Source of the DNA: Alphaproteobacteria bacterium
Lineage (GTDB): Bacteria > Pseudomonadota > Alphaproteobacteria > Micavibrionales > Micavibrionaceae
NCBI GenBank assembly: GCA_024275825.1
Contig: JAJRYK010000020.1
Location: 181,861 to 245,860, forward strand
Length of the DNA stretch: 64,000 nt
Reading direction: 5' to 3'
Part shown: positions 1-9,189 of the stretch, piece by piece
How positions within the stretch are numbered: position 1 is the stretch's first letter
Layout: each line of letters begins with the position of its first letter
Translations under genes and position numbers: made by a program
The notes under the pieces: generated by a model
Told to the model about the DNA's origin: nothing
What the model saw: the letters and a program-made list of their open reading frames with translations, nothing else
Databases searched by the model: none

Positions 1-539
1 CCTTCTTGGGTGAAGTGCTTCATCAGCGTCATGATGTCGAGGCCGCGCTGGACTTCGAACTGGCTGTAAATGCCGGTTTTTGCTTGCTCAAGGATATCGA
101 GAGAAATGTCTGTGGCTTTGATATCCACGCGCCAGCCGGGCATTTTTTCCAAGAAATTATCCTGCAGCATCATGGCCAAAGAATAGGGTTCCTGACCGCT
201 TGAAGAGGCAGCGCACCAGACTTTCAGGCCTTTTTGTGTCTGTCTTTTTTCAAATAAGGTCGGGAGCACATATTCCTTCATCAGCTCAAACGGTCTCGTA
301 TCTCTGAAAAATGATGTCTCGTTGGTGGTCATTGCCTCAACGATTTCGTTGACGAGCTTTTGATCTGGTACGCCTTGTAGGGCTTTGCTCATAGATTCGA
401 GCGAATCGTGCCCCCATTTCTTTGCAACAGGGTTAAGGCGTGATTCAAGGAGGTAAGATTTATCTGGGTTGATGATTAACCCTGACTTATCTTTTAGCAG
501 GTCCTTATAGACGTTAAATTCCGGAAGCCTCATTGTCAT
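1..539 (-). CDS. cheR: Chemotaxis protein methyltransferase CheR (N-terminal ~180 aa; C-terminus lies beyond the window edge)
   Basis: My minus-strand translation from ATG 539-537 reads MTMRLPEFNVYKDLLKDKSGLII...ETSFFRDTRPFE...KVWCAASSSGQEPYSLAMML, which are CheR N-terminal and SAM-binding signatures. It starts 4 nt after the cheB stop. Confidence 0.85.
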   Translation of the reverse strand, partial: MTMRLPEFNVYKDLLKDKSGLIINPDKSYLLESRLNPVAKKWGHDSLESMSKALQGVPDQKLVNEIVEAMTTNETSFFRDTRPFELMKEYVLPTLFEKRQTQKGLKVWCAASSSGQEPYSLAMMLQDNFLEKMPGWRVDIKATDISLDILEQAKTGIYSQFEVQRGLDIMTLMKHFTQE

Positions 540-542
540 GTT

Positions 543-1655
543 TTATTTTCCTAATACAGCTTGCTTGACCCATGGGCCTATTTGATTAAGGGGCAAAACT
601 TTTGAGCATATGCCTGCTTGTGCAACCGCACCAGGCATGCCCCAGACTACGCTTGTTTCTTCATCTTGTGCGATTACACGGCCATTTTTTTCGACTAGCG
701 TTTTGGCGCTTGGTAGCCCATCATTGCCCATACCGGTCAATATAACGCCAAGGACGCGTTGACCATAAATATCGATAACGCTTCTGAACATGGGATCGAC
801 AGAGGGCTTACAGAAATTTTCCGGTGGCCCGTCATCAATTTTAATGTGTAGCCCTTCATCTGATTTTTCAATCAGCATGTGAAAACCGCCTGGAGCGATA
901 TAAACATGCCCGTTTTCAATCATCATGCCGTGCTCGCCTTCACGAGCTGGCAAGCCAGTATTGTTTTCAATATGTTGCGCCAGCATTTTTGTGAAGGTGG
1001 CGGGCATGTGCTGTGTCACAACAATTGGAATATCAAAGCCTTTGAAGTTTTTGATAACCTCGAAAAGAGCTTGAGGACCGCCTGTTGAGCTACCGATGGC
1101 AATCATGGCTGGTTTGCTTGTATAGGCATGAGGGTTTTCATGGAGGGTAAAGTTTTGCGCTGTAGACGTCTTAGGTGCTGCGCTGCTGGCTATATTTACT
1201 GGTGGTGCAGCCTGAGGCCTGGGCGCGAGGCCTTTAATGATGCTAATTAAGTTTTGTTCAAAGTCGGAGCCTTCTCCGACATCTTGTGCAGATGAAGGCT
1301 TACCAATACATTCCACTGCGCCGAGAGATAGTGCTTTAATACTAACCTCTGCGCCTCGCTCTGTCAGGGCGGAGAACATGATAACCTTAGATTTTGGGCT
1401 GGATTCTATGATTTTAGGCAGGGCGGTTAAGCCATCCATCACCGGCATTTCAACATCCAGAATAACAATATCAGGCTTTTTAGTGGCTGCTGCGCTTACG
1501 GCCAATTCTCCATTCATAACAGAACTTACAACCTGAATGACTGGGTCTTTTTCTATTATGCGAGAGAGCGCCCCACGTATGATGGCGGAGTCATCGACGA
1601 GCATAACCGTTATGGCAGCATTTTTTCTGATAGGTTGGGGGGTGTTCATACTCAA
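543..1655 (-). CDS. cheB: Protein-glutamate methylesterase/glutaminase CheB (REC + methylesterase)
   Basis: N-terminal receiver (VMLVDDSAIIR, ILDVEMPVMDG). C-terminal CheB motifs IAIGSSTGGPQAL and ILTGMGNDG. Sits in the che operon. Confidence 0.93.
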   Translation of the reverse strand: MSMNTPQPIRKNAAITVMLVDDSAIIRGALSRIIEKDPVIQVVSSVMNGELAVSAAATKKPDIVILDVEMPVMDGLTALPKIIESSPKSKVIMFSALTERGAEVSIKALSLGAVECIGKPSSAQDVGEGSDFEQNLISIIKGLAPRPQAAPPVNIASSAAPKTSTAQNFTLHENPHAYTSKPAMIAIGSSTGGPQALFEVIKNFKGFDIPIVVTQHMPATFTKMLAQHIENNTGLPAREGEHGMMIENGHVYIAPGGFHMLIEKSDEGLHIKIDDGPPENFCKPSVDPMFRSVIDIYGQRVLGVILTGMGNDGLPSAKTLVEKNGRVIAQDEETSVVWGMPGAVAQAGICSKVLPLNQIGPWVKQAVLGK

Positions 1656-1673
1656 AACCGTGTATTTTTAATA

Positions 1674-2057
1674 TTATTGATCATCATCTTGGGTGATTAG
1701 GCCAATTTGTGTGAATTTAGATTCTATAATTTCGCTATCGAAGGGTTTCATAATGTACTCATTGGCACCAGCCTCCAAAGCCATTTGGATGTGCTTTATA
1801 TCATTTTCTGTTGTGCAAAAGACAACTTTAGGATAATCGCCGCCCTCCATTTTGCGTAGTTTTTCGAGGAATTCAATGCCAGTCATGACCGGCATGTTCC
1901 AGTCTAAAATAATAGCATCGGGCATTTTTTCTGCGCAGCTATCGTAGGCGACTTGACCATCTTCGGCTTCGGAACATTCAAAACCTAAACCTTCAGCAAT
2001 GCGGCGTGCGACTTTTCTAACAACGCGGCTATCATCAACAATTAAGCATGATTTCAT
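1674..2057 (-). CDS. cheY: Single-domain response regulator CheY
   Basis: 127 aa receiver with LIVDDSRVVR, ILDWNMPVMTG and YIMKPF. Lies between cheW and cheB. Confidence 0.9.
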   Translation of the reverse strand: MKSCLIVDDSRVVRKVARRIAEGLGFECSEAEDGQVAYDSCAEKMPDAIILDWNMPVMTGIEFLEKLRKMEGGDYPKVVFCTTENDIKHIQMALEAGANEYIMKPFDSEIIESKFTQIGLITQDDDQ

Positions 2058-2147
2058 TTCTTTGTTTCTCCACTTTGACCCTGAAAACGCAATACTAGGA
2101 TTAGTATTATATGCAGCATTACCTTAACAGATGATTACTTCTGGTTG

Positions 2148-2642
2148 TTAATTATTTTGAATAGTTTCGAGGAGTTTTGGAACATCAAGGATAACCAGCA
2201 GCTCGCCGTCCATACGGTAGATTCCCATTGAAATATCACGCCAGCTTGCATCCAGCGTCGGTGGGTTTTTCTCAAAATCTTGATTTTTGAGGCGCAGGAC
2301 GTCGCCAACGCTGTCAATAATCAGGCTATAGAGTTCATGCTCATGTTCGACAACGACGCTCATCTCTTTGCCTGTATATTCTTGTGGTTCTACACTTAAG
2401 CGACAGCGCATATCAATTGCAGTAACAATTCGTCCGCGTAAGTTAAGCGCACCTGCAATTTCGGGTGGTGACAATGGTATGTGCGTCATTTTTTGCGACC
2501 GCAAAACATCTTCAATGCCCAGAATAGGGATACCAAAGCGCTGTCCGGCAATCATGACCGTTAGGAATTCCTTCGTCTCGCTATCTAAGCCTTCTATATG
2601 ATCCATGTTTGTGTTTGTTTCTATTTGCGCTGTTTCTGTCAT
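2148..2642 (-). CDS. cheW: Chemotaxis coupling protein CheW
   Basis: 164 aa CheW-like domain (EFLTVMIAGQRFGIPILGIEDVL...NLRGRIVTAIDMR). Directly downstream of cheA. Confidence 0.9.
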   Translation of the reverse strand: MTETAQIETNTNMDHIEGLDSETKEFLTVMIAGQRFGIPILGIEDVLRSQKMTHIPLSPPEIAGALNLRGRIVTAIDMRCRLSVEPQEYTGKEMSVVVEHEHELYSLIIDSVGDVLRLKNQDFEKNPPTLDASWRDISMGIYRMDGELLVILDVPKLLETIQNN

Positions 2643-2675
2643 GTATAAAGCTCCCCCTTGCTTAAATGTAGCGGC

Positions 2676-5573
2676 CTATCGTCCCGTTAAGGTTTGCGTT
2701 AGCGTATTTAATAACGTCTCGCGATCAAATTTAGCCACATATTCGGTAAAGCCAACATCTTTGCCGCGTTGGATGTCTTCTTCTGTGGCATGTGAGGTTA
2801 GGGCAACCATCGGCACCTCTAGCCATGCCCCGGTGCCTGTTTTGATTTTTTCTGCAAATTCAAAGCCGTTCATTTCCGGCATTTCAATGTCGCTGATGAT
2901 CAAGTCAAACTCTGCGCCGCGCTCGCATAATTCAAGTGCAGGAATGGCACCCTCAAGGCTTGTTACTTCATAGCCTGCAACATTTAAAAGCGGAGAGAGC
3001 ATGTTGCGGAAAAACGGACTGTCATCGACGAGTAAGATGCGTTTTTTACCACTGAGCTTTGGTTTGGCCCCATCTGGTGCTGTGCTTGTTCCATCACCAT
3101 CTTCAAAGGCTTCTTCGCCATGATCCATAAACCAGCGTTGATCAACCTTGCCAAGGAAGAACCCAACATCAATAACATCTGTGGCTTTGCCATCAATGAT
3201 GGCGCTGCCGACGACGCCGGGCTGCTGACCCTCTAACTGTACATCGATATATTCTTCGGTGATGTCGACAATTTGATCAACGATCAGGCCCATGGATTTA
3301 CCTTTGTCACTGAACACTAGGATCGGTTTCTCGCCTTCTGTGCCGATTTCCATAGAGGTATTGTAAGGGATCAGAGGCATGAGGTCTCCGCGATACTGGA
3401 GCATCATCTGACCGCCAGAGCGCTCGACGGTTGTGAGGTCAATATTTTCCAGACGCGCAACGAGTGAAAGCGGCACTGTTTTTGGTGTGTCATCAACGGC
3501 ATTGAAGAGGAGAAGGGATGTTTTCTGGCGTGAATCATCGTAGAATTGCTCAACTGTTCCGGCGGCGTCCTTATCATCGTCCTCTGCACTTTTCATCTCA
3601 CCGGTAGCGCGCGCAATGCCGTTCGGGTCCAAAATCATGATAACCGTACCATCGCCCAGAATAGTGTTTCCAGAGAAAAGTTCGATGTCTCTGAGGATAG
3701 AGGGCACAGGTTTCACAACAATTTCTTCGGTGTCATAGACGCGATCAACGACGATGCCAAAGCTGTATGAGCCAATCTGTGTAACGATGATATATTGATT
3801 ACCCTTTAATAGGCTCGATGTTTTGGTATTGTTTTCAGGCACATCGGCGGCGGTATTTTCTGCGCTGTCACTATTTTTGTTCCCTGCATTCTCCGTGGCG
3901 TCATCGGAATCGATTTTTGCTTCGTTTGTAGCACCGTGATGCCCGGTAAGTTTCAAAAGATCAGAGAGGGGAACAAGAGGGAGGAGCCTGTCTCTTAAGC
4001 GGAAAACCGGTGTGCCATTAATCATTTCAATCTTGTTATCGCCTTTGTCTGAGGCCATCACGAGTTCACGGACAGAAAGCTGCGGTATGGCAAAGCGTTC
4101 TTTCGATGATTCGACGATCAAGGCCGAAACGATTGCAAGGGTCAGAGGGATTTTAATGGTGAAGGTTGAGCCTTTACCTTCGATAGACTTCAGTTCCACC
4201 GCACCGCCGATTTTCTCGATATTGGTGCGCACAACATCCATACCAACGCCTCGGCCGGAAACGGAGGTAACGGCCGCAGCGGTAGAAAACCCGGCATTGA
4301 AAATAAACTGCTGGATTTGTTGCATGGACATTTCTGCGAGCTCTTCTTCTGTTGCCAGCTCTTTTTCCAGGATCTTGGTTTTGATTTTATCCATCGGCAG
4401 GCCCTTACCATCATCAATAATCTCAATGATGATGTGCCCGCCTTCGTGATAGGCGTTCAGATTGATTGTGCCAAGCTCCGGCTTGCCGGCCGCTTTACGC
4501 ACATCAGGCATCTCAACGCCGTGATCGGCGGAATTTCTGACCATGTGGGTGAGGGGGTCTTTGATCAGCTCCAGTACTTGCCGGTCAAGTTCGGTGTCTT
4601 GTCCGCTCATGACCAAATCAATTTCCTTGTCCAGTTCAAGGCTGAGATCGCGGATAATACGCGGCAGTTTCGACCATGCATTACCGATGGGCTGCATGCG
4701 CGTTTTCATGACGCCCTCTTGAAGATCAGAGACAACGTGGTTTAGGCGTTGAAGCGGCGCAGTAAATTCACTGTCTGTTTGCGAGCGCAGAATTTGCATG
4801 AGCTGGTTACGGGTCAGTACCATTTCACTGACCATCGTCATCAGGTCTTCGAGCACATCAACGTTCACGCGCAGCGTCTGGTTGATAATTGGCGCTTCTG
4901 TTTTTACGGCAGGCGCCGCCGCTTTTTCGGCTGGTGGGGGCGGTGGAGGATCGGCCTTTTCTGGTGCTGGCGGCTCTGGCTCAGCAGGCGTTTCAGCAGC
5001 TGGTGTGCTGTAATCGGCTGTCACTTCAGTTTGATCGAAAATAGCCTGAAGTTCGTCTTCCGGCACTTGCCCGGTCATAAGTTCTTTTTCTTCAATGGCG
5101 GGCAATTCACCAGCGGCTTTTTCAGCAGGTGGCTCTGGCGCTGGTTCTTCGACTGCGGGCGCTGACTCTTCAGCACTGTCTGCATCGCTAGCGGGTTTGC
5201 CTTCATATACGGCGTCAAGCTTGGCGATCAGCGCAGCATCATCGCCTTCCGGCTCTCCTCCTGTTTCCGCCAGTCCGGCAACAATAAATTTAATGGCATC
5301 GATTGATTCGAAAATAAGGGTCACATATTCGGGCGTCACGGCCAGATCGCCATCACGGAAACGGCCCAAAACATTTTCAGCATGGTGTGCGCATTTTTCA
5401 AGGCGCGGCAGGCCTAGAAACCCGCACGTTCCTTTGATCGTATGTACAAGGCGGAAAATTTTAGAGAGCAAATCATTGTCGTTCGGATTTTGCTCAAGAT
5501 TAACCAAATCAAGGTCAAGCTCTTCCAAGCTTTCGTTGGTCTCTTCCAGAAATTCGCCAATGAGATCATCCAT
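2676..5573 (-). CDS. cheA: Hybrid chemotaxis histidine kinase CheA with C-terminal receiver domain
   Basis: HPt motif VHTIKGTCGFLGL. Kinase boxes HMVRNSADHG, IIDDGKGLP and GRGVGMDVV. A CheW-like domain follows, then a C-terminal REC (ILLVDDSPFFR...IISDIEMPEMNG). Confidence 0.93.
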   Translation of the reverse strand: MDDLIGEFLEETNESLEELDLDLVNLEQNPNDNDLLSKIFRLVHTIKGTCGFLGLPRLEKCAHHAENVLGRFRDGDLAVTPEYVTLIFESIDAIKFIVAGLAETGGEPEGDDAALIAKLDAVYEGKPASDADSAEESAPAVEEPAPEPPAEKAAGELPAIEEKELMTGQVPEDELQAIFDQTEVTADYSTPAAETPAEPEPPAPEKADPPPPPPAEKAAAPAVKTEAPIINQTLRVNVDVLEDLMTMVSEMVLTRNQLMQILRSQTDSEFTAPLQRLNHVVSDLQEGVMKTRMQPIGNAWSKLPRIIRDLSLELDKEIDLVMSGQDTELDRQVLELIKDPLTHMVRNSADHGVEMPDVRKAAGKPELGTINLNAYHEGGHIIIEIIDDGKGLPMDKIKTKILEKELATEEELAEMSMQQIQQFIFNAGFSTAAAVTSVSGRGVGMDVVRTNIEKIGGAVELKSIEGKGSTFTIKIPLTLAIVSALIVESSKERFAIPQLSVRELVMASDKGDNKIEMINGTPVFRLRDRLLPLVPLSDLLKLTGHHGATNEAKIDSDDATENAGNKNSDSAENTAADVPENNTKTSSLLKGNQYIIVTQIGSYSFGIVVDRVYDTEEIVVKPVPSILRDIELFSGNTILGDGTVIMILDPNGIARATGEMKSAEDDDKDAAGTVEQFYDDSRQKTSLLLFNAVDDTPKTVPLSLVARLENIDLTTVERSGGQMMLQYRGDLMPLIPYNTSMEIGTEGEKPILVFSDKGKSMGLIVDQIVDITEEYIDVQLEGQQPGVVGSAIIDGKATDVIDVGFFLGKVDQRWFMDHGEEAFEDGDGTSTAPDGAKPKLSGKKRILLVDDSPFFRNMLSPLLNVAGYEVTSLEGAIPALELCERGAEFDLIISDIEMPEMNGFEFAEKIKTGTGAWLEVPMVALTSHATEEDIQRGKDVGFTEYVAKFDRETLLNTLTQTLTGR

Positions 5574-5835
5574 GCGCAGGGTCCTATCATCATATCCTAT
5601 GATTTAAACAAAGTACGCAGTGTGTCGAGAGTGTAAAAAATACGCAGAAAAGGGCCGCAAAACGGCGTTTTCTTATCCTTCTTAAAACATGCTCAATTCA
5701 TAGCATGCCGTAAGAAAGTTAAGGCTTGGTTATCAAACCAGAGTTTATTGTATTTTTTTGTGGGCCAAGAGGGAAGGGTTAATTGTAAAAAAGACGAATT
5801 CATTCTTTGTTTTGGCGCGTTTTTGCCCTGTGCGT

Positions 5836-6474
5836 TTAGGGGCAGGTGATGAAGAAACTGATGCTATCTGCGCCGTTATGCTCAAGTGTAACATCGTATC
5901 CATAGGCCTTTGCGGCCAGAGCGGTTACAGTCGCATGAATGTGCTTGGGCTCCAGCTGATCTTGATCAAAGGATAGTGCGAGGCAGCTCTCCATGTCATT
6001 GCGCGGGTTACAGTTTTCACCGGTTGCCGTGATTACGATGATGCCGCTTTCATCATTCGCTGCTGAAATTTTGCCGCCCTTGGGCAGGCTGTCAATTGCC
6101 AGCAAAAAGCCACAGACGAGCATTTTTGCAAAGCCGCCGGGGCGTTCTTCGGGGCCGAGCGGGGCGTAGGGGTCCCAGTCTTGTGTGATCTTGCCGTCTT
6201 TTTCGACCATGGCCTGAATGGCTTTGTGCACATCTTCGGGTTTGATGCTGGTATCGCCGCCGCCTACGCCATAGGCCATGCGGTAGGCTTGTAACTTGGC
6301 GGAGGCTTGGTGCGCGCTAAAGCCGATCAGATCGAACACTTCCTCGCCCGCATCGGCGCCCATTTCCTCGACAAATTCCATGCCGTTATTGATCGCGCCG
6401 ATGGGGCTGATCAGATCATGACAGACTTTAGAGGTTAAGAGTTCCATGATTTTCAATTCGATTTGTGTGCTCAT
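5836..6474 (-). CDS. chpT: Histidine phosphotransferase ChpT (CckA-to-CtrA/CpdR phosphorelay)
   Basis: N-terminus LLTSKVCHDLISPIGAINNGMEFVEE matches the ChpT-family phosphorylatable-His helix. About 210 aa. ctrA is in the same window. Confidence 0.75.
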   Translation of the reverse strand: MSTQIELKIMELLTSKVCHDLISPIGAINNGMEFVEEMGADAGEEVFDLIGFSAHQASAKLQAYRMAYGVGGGDTSIKPEDVHKAIQAMVEKDGKITQDWDPYAPLGPEERPGGFAKMLVCGFLLAIDSLPKGGKISAANDESGIIVITATGENCNPRNDMESCLALSFDQDQLEPKHIHATVTALAAKAYGYDVTLEHNGADSISFFITCP

Positions 6475-6477
6475 TGC

Positions 6478-7911
6478 TTATTCCTCAAATGGGTTTTGAC
6501 CGTTCAGGTCGTAGACTTTGTTTAATTCATTCAGCGCCATATCGCTGAGGCGCTTGAGTCCCGCCGCGCTGGTGGACTCGACGCGGCCAACTAGGGCATT
6601 TTGTGTGTTGGACGGACGCAATAGCCACCAGCCATCATCGGCGGAGACGCGGATGCCGTCAATATCGCTATAGGTGGTGCCCGTCGCTTTCGCATTTTCG
6701 ATCATTTCGGGCACGAGAGAAAATTTGATCTCTTCGGGCACTTCAAAGCGGATTTCTGGCGTGTTGTGGAGCACGGGGAGGCCCTTGGTCAGGCTCGATA
6801 GGCCGCCTTTTGCACTGTCCAGAGCATTCAGCAGCCGAATACCGCAATAAAGTGCATCATCATAGCCGTAATATTTATCAGCAAAAAAGATGTGACCAGA
6901 CAGCTCGCCGGCGAGTGGCGCATTCATCTCTGCCATTTTGGCCTTGATCAGAGAATGCCCGGTCTTCCAAATAACGGCTTTGCCGCCCATTTTATTAATT
7001 TCGTCAAACATGACTTGTGAGCATTTAATATCGCCGATAATCGCCGCGCCGGGGTGGGTTTCAAGCACTTGGCGTGCATAGATGGTCATCAGGATATCGC
7101 AGCGCAGGATGGTGCCGTTTTCATCCACCACGCCGATGCGATCGCCGTCGCCATCAAAGGCTATGCCGAGATCGCAATTATGATCCGCTACGGCTCGTTG
7201 TAAATCAGCAAGGTTTTTGTCAACGGTCGGATCGGGGTGATGATTGGGGAAGTCACCGTCGATGTCGTCATAGAGCAGAACGTGCTCGCCGGGTAGCTTG
7301 GCTGTGAGGCGGCGGAGGATTTCACCCGCGGCGCCATTGCCGTTATCCCAAGCGATTTTTAGATCGCGTGTGCATGTGAGGTCTTGTAAAAGGCGATCAA
7401 CATAGGCGTCTTTGATATCAATCTCACTGAGGCTGCCTTCGCCGCTTTAAAAGTCGCCAGTGGCGGCGAGTGTGCCGATATCCTGAATAATCTGCCCGAA
7501 GACCGGCGATTTTTGCAGCGTCATTTTAAAGCCGTTATAATTGCCCGGATTGTGTGATCCAGTGATCATAACCCCCGCATCTGCGTCGCGGCTTTTAACG
7601 GCGAAATAGAGCATCGGCGTGGGGCCCAGGCCGATATTCTCGACCGTAATGCCCGCTTGCATTAGGCCGATTATCAGCGCGTCGCTCATGATGGGGGAGG
7701 AGGCGCGACCGTCATAGCCGACGCAGATTGTTGTGGTGCTGTCTTGTTCTTTATTTTGACGACGGACAAAGGTGCCGAAGGCTAGCCCTAGGGCAAGGGC
7801 ATCAGCCTCGTGGAGCGTATCACCAACAATCCCGCGCATGTCATATTCGCGCAGAATGGAGGGGTTGAAGTTGTGGGCGTGGGCGGCTGTGTCTGTGCTT
7901 TGAGGATTCAC
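6478..7911 (-). pseudogene. Phosphomannomutase/phosphoglucomutase interrupted by one in-frame TAA (7447-7449)
   Basis: The N-terminal ORF carries the active-site loop ITGSHNPGNYNGFK and ends GDF-TAA. The same frame reads on as SGEGSLSEIDIKDAYVDRLL...GIAFDGDGDRIGVVDENG (Mg-binding loop) to the stop at 6478. The total is 1434 nt = 478 codons, so no frameshift is involved. Confidence 0.85.
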
Positions 7912-7926
7912 GATTATTCTTATTTA

Positions 7927-8814
7927 TTAAAGGGTTGAGGCGATATTTTTAATGATTGCTTTGACATCTTTGCCAATTTGATCATCAGCCATGCCGAATA
8001 TAATATTTGCGGTGATGAATCCCAGGCGACTGCCACAATCATAGCTTTTGCCATCGAAATTTAATGTGTGGAAGGGCTGCACGTCGATCAGTTTAGCCAT
8101 CGCATCGGTCAGCTGAATTTCACCGCCTGCGCCGGTTTCAAATGCGGCGAGGTGATCGAAGACTTCCGGTTGAAGGATATATCGACCAACGACGGAGGAT
8201 GTTGAGGGCGCGTCTTCCGGCTTTGGCTTTTCGACCAAGCCTTTAACAGCTGCAATTTTGCCTGTGTCACCGCCGGTATCAACGATGCCGTATTTATTGG
8301 TGTCTTCGCGCGGCACATCCTCCACCGCAATCACATTACCGCCATGCTCATCATACACCCCCATCATTTGGCGCAGGCAGCCTTGCTCACCTTTAATCAA
8401 AACATCGGGCAGTAAAACCGCAAAGGGCTCATCTCCAATCAGTTTTTTCGCGCACCATATCGCGTGCCCAAGGCCAAGTGGTTTGGGTTGGCGTGTCAAG
8501 AACAGGCTGCCTGCTGGCATTTCGGAATCGCGGACTTTCGCCAGCATGTCGTCCTTGCCGCGCGCCTCTAATGTGGCCTCCAGCTCTGGCTGAAAATCGA
8601 AATGCTCTTCCAGCATTTCCTTTTGACGGCCGGTGACAAAGATAAATTCCTCAATCCCCGCCTCGCGCGCTTCCTCAACAACATGCTGGATCAATGGCTT
8701 GTCATTAATCGGCAGCATTTCCTTGGGCATTGACTTGGTGGCAGGCAGGAACCGCGTACCGAGCCCGGCGACGGGGAAGATAGCTTTGCGGATGGGTTTA
8801 TTATGTGTGCTCAT
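7927..8814 (-). CDS. galU: UTP--glucose-1-phosphate uridylyltransferase
   Basis: N-terminal signature AIFPVAGLGTRFLPATKSMPKEMLPI. 295 aa. Confidence 0.92.
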   Translation of the reverse strand: MSTHNKPIRKAIFPVAGLGTRFLPATKSMPKEMLPINDKPLIQHVVEEAREAGIEEFIFVTGRQKEMLEEHFDFQPELEATLEARGKDDMLAKVRDSEMPAGSLFLTRQPKPLGLGHAIWCAKKLIGDEPFAVLLPDVLIKGEQGCLRQMMGVYDEHGGNVIAVEDVPREDTNKYGIVDTGGDTGKIAAVKGLVEKPKPEDAPSTSSVVGRYILQPEVFDHLAAFETGAGGEIQLTDAMAKLIDVQPFHTLNFDGKSYDCGSRLGFITANIIFGMADDQIGKDVKAIIKNIASTL

Positions 8815-8858
8815 ATCGGGGACATCCTAGACAAATCAGAGGGGTAAGGGCAAGCGGC

Positions 8859-9152
8859 TTATTGATCAATGATATCGTCATCATCGATCTCTTCGCCCTT
8901 GACCTCTATTACATCGTTCGGGCCAGCATGGCGTTTAAACCAGCCGATTAGAGCGGGCGCTGCGCCAACCAGCCCAATCAGCGCCGCGATCAGTTTTCCG
9001 GTTAGAGCTAAATAAAGCAGCGCAAGACCAAAGATCGCGGTGATGGCGCTGGCGATGAAGGCTTTGACCTGATTGACATTCGCATTCAGGAAAAAGCGAT
9101 ACAGCGCGTAAAACCCGATGAGAAGACCGATGACAAGAATGAGATAAGGCAT
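8859..9152 (-). CDS. Small hypothetical membrane protein with acidic tail
   Basis: 97 aa with three hydrophobic segments, then EEIDDDDIIDQ. No family recognised. Confidence 0.45.
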   Translation of the reverse strand: MPYLILVIGLLIGFYALYRFFLNANVNQVKAFIASAITAIFGLALLYLALTGKLIAALIGLVGAAPALIGWFKRHAGPNDVIEVKGEEIDDDDIIDQ

Positions 9153-9189
9153 TAGACTTCCTTACGTTTTTAATTTTAGGGCCATAATC

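Noticed and set aside
6-203. 65-aa plus-strand ORF at the window start.
   Set aside because: It is antisense to the clearly CheR-encoding minus-strand frame.
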